Below, piece by piece: positions 1 to 6,524 of a stretch of 11,420 bases of DNA. The DNA is taken from positions 1 to 11,420 of the forward strand of contig CAVWIG010000002.1 of the NCBI GenBank assembly GCA_963754945.1, given 5' to 3'. Position numbers and translations under genes: made by a program. Within the stretch, counting starts at the first letter, position 1. Each line of letters opens with the position of its first letter. This DNA comes from Methanotrichaceae archaeon (lineage in GTDB: Archaea; Halobacteriota; Methanosarcinia; Methanotrichales; Methanotrichaceae). The notes under the pieces are model-generated. The model saw nothing but the letters and a program-made list of their open reading frames with translations. It was not told the DNA's origin and made no database searches.

Positions 1-94
1 CTAGTTCCAAAAGAGAATGCATAACAGGTGAAGACTACGCTCACTGACGCGGAGTACTTAATACCGGTAATAAGGCTTTGCATGGCTGTATTTT

Positions 95-177
95 GGTCAT
101 TTTTTGACCTGGAAAATGTATCTCGATATAGCTCTTCTATCGTCATGGTTTGAAGATAACGGTTTCAAAAAATGACC
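95..177. repeat. Perfect 13-bp inverted repeat with 57-nt spacer
   Basis: GGTCATTTTTTGA (95-107) is the exact reverse complement of TCAAAAAATGACC (165-177). It is flanked by TTTT (91-94) and an A-run at 181-186. Confidence 0.8.
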
Positions 178-340
178 GCCAAAAAACGCTTCTAGAACCC
201 ATATCAGTTACATCTTATAACTATAAATTCATTTAGTATAATGCACCCCACCAACTTAAACGATCCGATTTATATTTGATAATTTGGTGTGAATTTAAAT
301 CTGATCTGATCCGGTCCCGCCCTGGTCCGGGCTTACAAAT

Positions 341-502
341 TCACTCAATACCACGTTGGGAGCAGTAATCGTCTAGCGAGATATACTGGTCCTTCTCTTT
401 CAAGAGTTTCCTGTACTGCTCATTGGCATAGGTTTCCAATACAGGCTTCTCCTCCGTGCCGAACGCAAGGCCGCCCAAGGCTTTACAATTGGGAGGCTTC
501 AT
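341..502 (-). CDS. Small 53-aa hypothetical protein, possibly an antitoxin-like remnant (below the ORF-track cutoff)
   Basis: Manual translation from ATG at 502 to TGA at 343-341: MKPPNCKALGGLAFGTEEKPVLETYANEQYRKLLKEKDQYISLDDYCSQRGIE. The C-terminal charged helix plus 'YISLDDY' resembles the tails of archaeal type II antitoxins. There is no clear RBS. Confidence 0.4.
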   Translation of the reverse strand: MKPPNCKALGGLAFGTEEKPVLETYANEQYRKLLKEKDQYISLDDYCSQRGIE

Positions 503-614
503 TCGGCTTCTCGATGCCTTATCACATTCCTAGTTCGTAATGGGCTGCGGGATCAGATGCCGATGAATGGTCTAAACAATCCTATCCCAGCCCTATAAGT
601 TGTAGTTTTCTTGC

Positions 615-1124
615 TTACATCTTGGACATCATCATCCCCATGGGCATCATCTTTCCGGACTGCATCATGGACATCATCGACATCATTGGCATCATCCCTG
701 AAGCATTCATGGGCATCATCGCTGTCATCGACTTATTCATTTCCATGCCCATTGGCACCATGACCATCATGGAGGTGTTCATTCCGGTTGCATTCATGAC
801 ATTCATGGGCATCATCTTCATGCACACCTGGGACTGCGCCATCATTCCTGATGCATTCATGGGCATCATTACCATCATGGGCACCATCTTCATGCAGGTC
901 ATGTTGGCAGGACAGGCATTCGCCATGAGATTCATAGCAGTACTTGGAGCTTTCATCGGCATCATCGACATGCAATTCATCCCCATTGGACATTTGGCCA
1001 TCATGGGCATCATCATCTTCCCTGAGTTCATCATTTCTCCTGCAATGGGATCTATCGCTGCGATCGCCACTATTCCTATCAATGCCAGAAGTATGGCAGA
1101 CGTTATTCTCTTAGACGTAGTCAT
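615..1124 (-). CDS. Secreted or membrane-anchored methionine-rich protein (169 aa, 57 Met)
   Basis: GGAGG RBS on the minus strand (cctcc 1132-1136). Signal-peptide-like N-terminus (MTTSKR followed by hydrophobic ITSAILLALIGIVAIAA). About 40% Met after residue 30. Internal repeats MMPMNASGMM x2, CPxxMxC x2 and SGKMM x2. Confidence 0.85.
   Translation of the reverse strand: MTTSKRITSAILLALIGIVAIAAIDPIAGEMMNSGKMMMPMMAKCPMGMNCMSMMPMKAPSTAMNLMANACPANMTCMKMVPMMVMMPMNASGMMAQSQVCMKMMPMNVMNATGMNTSMMVMVPMGMEMNKSMTAMMPMNASGMMPMMSMMSMMQSGKMMPMGMMMSKM
690..869. repeat. Intragenic 30-nt direct repeat within the Met-rich gene
   Basis: catcatccctgaagcattcatgggcatcat (690-719) vs catcattcctgatgcattcatgggcatcat (840-869): 28/30 identical, 150-nt offset, both encoding MMPMNASGMM. 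Confidence 0.85.
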
Positions 1125-1313
1125 TTAATATCCTCCGAATCGAGTTCTACAAATTATTGAGCGACATTGACCAATTATGTGCTAATTATTCCCTTGCCAA
1201 AAGGATCGAAATAAGACAACGCCGATCAATAATAGTATTAGCGTGTTCTACTACTTAAAATTTTTGAAATCATTCAACCGTTATCTCGCCAATCTATAAA
1301 GTTTCTAGGTATG

Positions 1314-1348
1314 TTTTTAAGCTTAAAAGCAGACATATTAGTCGGAGG
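1314..1348 (+). promoter_or_regulatory. Putative msrB TATA box within a 14-bp palindrome, plus RBS
   Basis: TTTTTAAG at 1314-1321 overlaps the perfect palindrome TTTTAAGCTTAAAA (1315-1328). GGAGG at 1344-1348 precedes ATG 1353. Confidence 0.55.
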
Positions 1349-1352
1349 ATGG

Positions 1353-1820
1353 ATGCAGAGCAATTCCCGACAGAGCGGCCAGAAGATACCGATCTTTTTT
1401 GCCGAAACAGGAAGAGTGGAACTGGTAGACAGAATTGAGAAGTCCGACCAGGAGTGGCAGGATATGCTTACCCCTGATCAATATCGCGTTGCCAGGTTGG
1501 CAGGAACAGAGCCACCCTTCACGGGAAAGTATCACGACCTTCACGATAAAGGAATCTATAAGTGCGTATGCTGTGGCACAGACCTGTTTGATTCAAAAAC
1601 TAAGTTCGAGTCCGGAACCGGTTGGCCGAGCTTCTGGGCACCCATTTCAGAGCACAATGTCAAAACTCAATCTGATGACAGCCTTTACATGACCAGAACG
1701 GAGGTTTTATGTGCGAGGTGTGATGCGCATCTCGGTCACGTCTTCGATGACGGTCCCGCACCTACGTTCGAGCGCTACTGTATGAACTCTGCTTCTTTGA
1801 AGTTCGTCAAAATGTCATGA
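1353..1820 (+). CDS. msrB: Peptide-methionine (R)-S-oxide reductase MsrB (zinc-binding type)
   Basis: Motifs GTEPPFTG, CxxC (CVCC), KFESGTGWPSF, RTEVLCARCDAHLGHVFDDGP and catalytic RYCMNS. Start moved from 1311 to ATG 1353 because of the GGAGG RBS. No signal peptide. Confidence 0.97.
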   Translation: MQSNSRQSGQKIPIFFAETGRVELVDRIEKSDQEWQDMLTPDQYRVARLAGTEPPFTGKYHDLHDKGIYKCVCCGTDLFDSKTKFESGTGWPSFWAPISEHNVKTQSDDSLYMTRTEVLCARCDAHLGHVFDDGPAPTFERYCMNSASLKFVKMS

Positions 1821-1824
1821 TGAT

Positions 1825-2931
1825 TTAAATCTCAATCAGCCTATAATCGGCGTTTCCTAGACCAATACTGGCTCCGTACTTCACCTGGTAGATCCCGTCG
1901 GTGTACTCCCAGACCCCCTGGAACTTGTCCTCTCCCTGTTGGTGGTTGCGCCGAAGCAGTGAGTTCTGGAGCCCGAGCTGGGAGTTAACCAGGTCGTAGC
2001 TGGCGTGGTCTATGGCCACTGGGTCCTTGGATGCCAGAATGCCGATGTCAGGCACTATAGGCGCGTCGCTCCATGGAAGGCAGTCGCAGTCCGGTGTGAT
2101 GTTCAAAAGGAAGTTGAAGAAGCCCACCTTTCCCCGCTTTCCCTGGACGGCTCCCAGGGCGTACTCAGCCATCCTTTCCAGGAAAGGCAGCACCTGTACC
2201 ATCCAATCGAAGTCTATGGCGTGAGCAGGGCAGACGCGGAGACACTCTCCACAGCCTAGGCAGGCGTTGAAGTCGATGCCGGAGATCTTTGTCTCCACAG
2301 TAACAGCCGAGCTGGGGCAGATATCGGCGCATTGCCCACACCCCAGGCAGAGATCGGGATTGAATATCGGCCTCGTGGAGTGCTGCTCAGCTTTTCCCGC
2401 GGCAGGTGCACAGCCCATGCCGAGGTTCTTTATGGCTCCTCCAAATCCGGAGAGGAGGTGACCTTTGAAGTGAGACATAACGATCAGGCTGTCCGCTTTG
2501 GCTATGTCCCCTGCTATCTTCACTGACTGAAAGTGCCTTCCGTCTATCGCAACTTCTGAGAAGTTCTGGCTCTTCAGTCCATCTGCTATGATCACCGGAG
2601 CACCCACAACAGGATAGTCGAAGCCGTGCTCAATGGCAGTCACCACATGGTCCGCGGAGTTGGACCGACCCCCTCCATACAGGGTGTTGGTATCGGTCAC
2701 AAAAGGCATGGAACCCAGGGTTTTCAGCTTATCCACTACCTGTCTGACCAGGACAGGATTGATATAAGCGTCCGTTCCTCGTTCGCCGAAATGCACCTTT
2801 ACGGCAGCGAAATCCCCCTTGCCTGCGACTTCGGCCATGCCCGCAGCATCGAAGAGCCGCCGGACTTTGTTTATCTTGTTCTCCTTGTCGCTTCTAGCCC
2901 GAACGTTGGTGAAATAGACTTTGCTTTCCAT
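1825..2931 (-). CDS. DUF362-family Fe-S protein with an inserted 2x[4Fe-4S] ferredoxin domain
   Basis: VKVHFGERG, TDTNTLY, SHFKGH..GFGGAIKNLGMG, CLGCGQCADICP, CLGCGECLRVCP, PDCDC and DIGILASKDPVAIDHAS. GGAGG RBS (cctcc 2940-2944). Confidence 0.9.
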   Translation of the reverse strand: MESKVYFTNVRARSDKENKINKVRRLFDAAGMAEVAGKGDFAAVKVHFGERGTDAYINPVLVRQVVDKLKTLGSMPFVTDTNTLYGGGRSNSADHVVTAIEHGFDYPVVGAPVIIADGLKSQNFSEVAIDGRHFQSVKIAGDIAKADSLIVMSHFKGHLLSGFGGAIKNLGMGCAPAAGKAEQHSTRPIFNPDLCLGCGQCADICPSSAVTVETKISGIDFNACLGCGECLRVCPAHAIDFDWMVQVLPFLERMAEYALGAVQGKRGKVGFFNFLLNITPDCDCLPWSDAPIVPDIGILASKDPVAIDHASYDLVNSQLGLQNSLLRRNHQQGEDKFQGVWEYTDGIYQVKYGASIGLGNADYRLIEI

Positions 2932-3135
2932 TCGCCCACCCTCCGAAAAAGCAATAGTTAATTGTAATGTCAGATTAAAGAAGCTGCTGCTCGGGATAGA
3001 AATATTAATGCCCTGGAGAGATTACGGAAAGGAATCCACAGGTCCAAGGGAGAATCCGGGTTAAAGCATGCAGCCTCATGTCCGGATAATATTATCTAGA
3101 AATATTTATTCATATTTAACTATATCTAATAGGTA

Positions 3136-3345
3136 TTTATAATCTTAGGTTTGTTTAGACTGTGATTATTCCGAGGATATAATTTTGAAACTTCTCCGTC
3201 GAATCCGTCATTACTGTAAAATTTGAGGCCAATGTCTGCAGACACAATCTCTTCGCACAGGAGTTAATGGGTTGTCTCGGATAATCTCGGCCGACGAAAG
3301 GATAAAATCCTTGAACGTCCTCTGAACATCGAGGAAGGAGTTTTA
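3136..3345 (+). promoter_or_regulatory. Putative serA promoter and ~180-nt structured 5' leader
   Basis: TTTATAAT at 3136-3143. Possible long-range stem between 3164-3175 and 3276-3286. Hairpin AAGGAT-aaa-ATCCTT (3298-3312). Hairpin TCCTC..GAGGA overlapping the purine-rich RBS region just before ATG 3346. Confidence 0.45.
3232..3267 (+). CDS. Candidate Ser-rich leader peptide MSADTISSHRS
   Basis: GAGG at 3225-3228, ATG 3232, TAA 3265-3267. Four of 11 codons are Ser (TCT, TCT, TCG, AGT). It lies directly upstream of serA. Confidence 0.3.
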   Translation: MSADTISSHRS

Positions 3346-4917
3346 ATGAGAGTTCTGGTCAGCGATTCACTTGCAGAGGAAGGGGTCAGGAGGCTCGAAT
3401 CCGGAGCAGAGGTTGATGTCATAACCAATCTCACCCCGGAAGAGCTTGTCAAGAAGATAAAGGACTACGACGCCCTGGTAATACGCAGCGGCACAAAGGT
3501 GACAGCGGAAGTTATCAACGCCGCAGATAAGCTCAAGGTCATAGGAAGAGCAGGCGTAGGTGTAGACAACGTCGATGTAGAAGCGGCCACCAAAAAGGGC
3601 ATAATAGTCCTGAACGCTCCCGGAGGCAACACCATTTCCGCTGCAGAGCACACCATCGCCATGATGCTGGCAGTGTCCCGAAACATCCCCCAGGCCAATG
3701 CTGCCCTTCATAAGGGCGAGTGGAACAGAAAGAAGTACACAGGCGTCGAATTCTTCAACAAGACCCTGGGCATAGTGGGCTTGGGCCGCGTAGGTGCCGA
3801 AGTTGCAACAAGGATGAAAGCATTTGGCATGCAGATCCTGGCCTACGATCCTTTTGTGACAGAGGCCAAGGCCGACCAACTTGGGATTAAGATTGCACCT
3901 CTCGAAGAGGTCCTCAGGAACAGCGATTTCATCACTGTGCACACCCCCCTGACCAACGAGACTCGGAATCTGATAGACGAGGATGAGTTCAAGATCATGA
4001 GGCCGTGGGTCAGGATTGTGAACTGCGCCAGAGGCGGGATCATAAATGAGGCAGCTCTTGCTAAGGCCGTGGCAGAAGGAAAAATTGCCGGAGCGGCTAT
4101 AGATGTGTTCACAAAAGAGCCGCCCACAGGAAATCCCATTCTGGAACAGGAGAAGATAATAACCACGCCTCACCTTGGGGCATCGACAGCCGAGGCGCAG
4201 ATAAATGTGGCCATTGCTGTGGCAGACCAGATCCTGGCCATATCCAAGGGCGGAATGCCCTCGACTGCCATCAATATGCCGGCAATATCGCCTGAAACTA
4301 TGGCTGTAATGGACCCATACATGAAGCTTGCAGAGAAAATGGGAAGCCTAGTTGGACAACTCGCAGGGAAGAGGTACGAGACCCTGGAGATTACTTATGC
4401 CGGCTCGATCGCGGAGAAGGATACAAATCCAGTGACAATCTCCGCAGCCAAGGGGCTGCTAAGCAGCATTAAGGGAGGCGTAAACTTCGTGAACGCTCTG
4501 GGCCTGTTGAAAGAAGGTGGAGTGAAGCTGGTGCAGAGCAAGACCGAGTCCGCCAACGGATACAGCAATGCCATAACCCTCAAGCTGCACAACGACGGTG
4601 AGACCATCTCTGTCCAGGGAACAGTCTACAGCAATAAGGACAAGAGAATAGTTCAGATGAATGACTACAGGGTCCACATCCCATCGGAGGGCAACATGGT
4701 AATATGCATGATTGAGGACAAGCCGAACATCATAGGACCTTGCTGTGTGGCTCTGGGCGAGAGCAAGATCAACATTGGCGGAATGCACGTAGGCCGTATC
4801 TCGGAAGGTCTGCCGCAGGCCATGATCTTGAGCGTCGACCAGGCAGTGCCCGAGGAGACCCTTACCAAGATCAGGGCTATTCCCGGAGTGATCAGCGCCA
4901 AGACAGTTAAACTCTGA
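3346..4917 (+). CDS. serA: D-3-phosphoglycerate dehydrogenase (long form with C-terminal regulatory ASB/ACT domains)
   Basis: [19 protein letters not shown], Rossmann [32 protein letters not shown] and C-terminal ACT-like DKPNIIG..INI. AGGAG RBS. Confidence 0.97.
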   Translation: MRVLVSDSLAEEGVRRLESGAEVDVITNLTPEELVKKIKDYDALVIRSGTKVTAEVINAADKLKVIGRAGVGVDNVDVEAATKKGIIVLNAPGGNTISAAEHTIAMMLAVSRNIPQANAALHKGEWNRKKYTGVEFFNKTLGIVGLGRVGAEVATRMKAFGMQILAYDPFVTEAKADQLGIKIAPLEEVLRNSDFITVHTPLTNETRNLIDEDEFKIMRPWVRIVNCARGGIINEAALAKAVAEGKIAGAAIDVFTKEPPTGNPILEQEKIITTPHLGASTAEAQINVAIAVADQILAISKGGMPSTAINMPAISPETMAVMDPYMKLAEKMGSLVGQLAGKRYETLEITYAGSIAEKDTNPVTISAAKGLLSSIKGGVNFVNALGLLKEGGVKLVQSKTESANGYSNAITLKLHNDGETISVQGTVYSNKDKRIVQMNDYRVHIPSEGNMVICMIEDKPNIIGPCCVALGESKINIGGMHVGRISEGLPQAMILSVDQAVPEETLTKIRAIPGVISAKTVKL

Positions 4918-4927
4918 CACTCTAAGC

Positions 4928-4964
4928 GAAACAGAAGCGGGCTGTTCCCGCTTTGTTTCTCTTT
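4928..4964. terminator. Stem-loop followed by a pyrimidine tract between convergent serA and mfnB
   Basis: GAAACA-g-AAGCGGG (4928-4941), loop CTGTT, CCCGCTT-TGTTTC (4947-4959), then TCTTT. Confidence 0.65.
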
Positions 4965-5028
4965 GGACTTCCTTTTGTCCTTGCTCACAAGCTTGAAACG
5001 GTTTTGCTTGAGTTTTTGAACGATTAAC

Positions 5029-5730
5029 TCAGGAAATTGCAAGCTTGAGCTTGTTCACGAGTTCGGGCTTTATGGAACTTTTCCTATCCCCGCCGCAGAC
5101 GATCCCACGAACGCCAATGATATCCGGGTTGATCCTCTTCAGCAGATCGAGATCCTTAAAGCCGATAGTCCCCGCAATTGCAACCTCCAGTCCAAGGTTT
5201 TGCCCGGCGGAGATGAACCCCTTTAGGTCTTGTTCGTTCATGAACTCGAAGGTCGATCTACCGTCCTTTATGGCAGTGTCCACCATTACAACATCAGCGC
5301 CTGAACTCTCTGCGACTGCCGGTAGAAGCATGGGTGAGATTGACCCAACTCGACTGTAATCGGAATAGGCCGATGCCACCACCTTTTTCCTCCGGTCGTA
5401 GCCTTTGACTGCCCGTACGATATTCTCAAGCATATCGCCAGCCTGTTCGGCTGATCTAACGCCCAGAAGGCCGACCTTTACGTAATCTGCTCCAGAGAAG
5501 GCTGCGCCCAGCGCTGCAAGGCTGGCTGTGCCCGGCTTGTAGTCCAGATCACCGATAGTGGCGCTAACCGGCACCCGTCCTCCTGCCAGCTCAGCCACTG
5601 CTTTTATCGCCCAGGGAAAGTTCGCCCCAAGAGAGCCCTCCTTGGGGTTCTTGACGTCCAGGATGTCTGCACCGCCAGCCAGCGCTGCTCGCGCCTCTTC
5701 GATGTTCATAGGGCTAACCAACAGTCTCAT
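5029..5730 (-). CDS. mfnB: (5-formylfuran-3-yl)methyl phosphate synthase (4-HFC-P synthase, methanofuran biosynthesis)
   Basis: MRLLVSP..EEA..A..GGADILDVKNPKEGSLGANFPW, VSATIGD, DYVKVGL, MVDTAIKDG and PDIIGVRGIVCGG. ATG at 5730 is preferred over the TTG at 5736. Confidence 0.95.
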   Translation of the reverse strand: MRLLVSPMNIEEARAALAGGADILDVKNPKEGSLGANFPWAIKAVAELAGGRVPVSATIGDLDYKPGTASLAALGAAFSGADYVKVGLLGVRSAEQAGDMLENIVRAVKGYDRRKKVVASAYSDYSRVGSISPMLLPAVAESSGADVVMVDTAIKDGRSTFEFMNEQDLKGFISAGQNLGLEVAIAGTIGFKDLDLLKRINPDIIGVRGIVCGGDRKSSIKPELVNKLKLAIS

Positions 5731-5756
5731 ATTCAACCAATCCTGAGAGGAGCATC

Positions 5757-6443
5757 GTGCGGTGCATCTTCGTACTCGATATATTTAACGGTGCGGTAGT
5801 CCATGCAGTGCGTGGCGAGCGAAGCCTGTACGAGCCCATCGACAGATATAGTAGGATAGTGTCTTCGTCCGATCCGCTTGGCGTTTTGGAGGAGATCAGG
5901 CCTAAGGAAGTCTACGTCGCAGACCTGAACCTGCTTACTGGATCGGGGGATAACCTTGCTGCGATAGCGAATATATCGCGTATTGCCAAAACTATGGCGG
6001 ACATCGGAATAACTCTAGCCGACGATATGGATTACCTGCCAAAGGGAATCACTCCCGTCTTGGGCACAGAGACCTCGTCTATGAATCTCATAGACGAGGC
6101 AGTCCTGCAGAGGGACATAGTGGTAAGCATGGACATGAATAGAAGGAAAGTTATAACTCGCGATCCTGAGCTCATGCTCGCGCCACTGGAGGTGATCCGA
6201 AGGTTGAACGGCATTCCGATCGACGGAGTCATTCTTCTGGAGCTAGACCGTGTGGGAACCTCGCTCGGCCTGGACACGGACTTTCTGGAGAAGGCTGTTT
6301 CAGTTAGCGACCATCCGTTGATCCTGGGAGGTGGTGTCAATGGAGTTGAGGACCTACAAACCCTGGAGGACCTCGGCTTCCGGGGAGCGCTTGTGGCCAC
6401 CGCAATACACAACGGAAAGATTCCTTTAGAAGCTATACGTTGA
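5757..6443 (+). CDS. HisA/HisF-related TIM-barrel protein (archaeal/methylotroph C1-cofactor-associated type)
   Basis: GTG start with GAGGAG RBS (5747-5752). Motifs IFVLDIFNGAVVHAVRGERSLY, YVADLN, VLGTET, ILLELDRVGT, LGGGV and ALVATAIHNG. Confidence 0.85.
   Translation: MRCIFVLDIFNGAVVHAVRGERSLYEPIDRYSRIVSSSDPLGVLEEIRPKEVYVADLNLLTGSGDNLAAIANISRIAKTMADIGITLADDMDYLPKGITPVLGTETSSMNLIDEAVLQRDIVVSMDMNRRKVITRDPELMLAPLEVIRRLNGIPIDGVILLELDRVGTSLGLDTDFLEKAVSVSDHPLILGGGVNGVEDLQTLEDLGFRGALVATAIHNGKIPLEAIR
5780..5788 (-). promoter_or_regulatory. Putative TATA box for mfnB inside the HisA-like CDS
   Basis: The minus strand reads TTAAATATA about 50 nt upstream of the mfnB ATG. It is the only strongly AT-rich box nearby. 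Confidence 0.45.
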
Positions 6444-6524
6444 GATGACAAAGAACTGCTGAAGGCGTGGATGGCGGATGGAGGCGGTAGTGTTGTGGAT
6501 CCAGCGTACGGCTGCTTAACTAAT

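Noticed and set aside
733-993. His/Asp/Glu-rich 86-aa ORF (DDAHECH) that looks like a metal-binding peptide
   Set aside because: Alternative frame of the Met-rich gene. GAT/CAT codons arise automatically from ATG runs, and there is no independent start signal.
615-1030. CAT-rich repeats as a CRISPR array or microsatellite
   Set aside because: There is no constant repeat with unique spacers. The repeats are in-frame coding degeneracy.
622-1128. 168-aa Ile-rich ORF on the + strand
   Set aside because: Antisense shadow of the ATG repeats (ATC = Ile). The RBS and signal peptide support the minus-strand Met-rich frame.
1311-1352. N-terminal extension of MsrB from ATG 1311 as an export signal
   Set aside because: It overlaps the TATA box and RBS, and lacks a proper hydrophobic core.
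1818-1823. Tandem TGA TGA at the msrB end as selenocysteine recoding
   Set aside because: The catalytic residue is an ordinary Cys in RYCMNS, and the TGAs fall at the normal C-terminus.
3367-4173. 268-aa antisense ORF in serA, and other overlapping ORFs within DUF362, mfnB, marker 16, MarC and the surface gene
   Set aside because: These are shadow frames of well-supported genes with no recognisable motifs.
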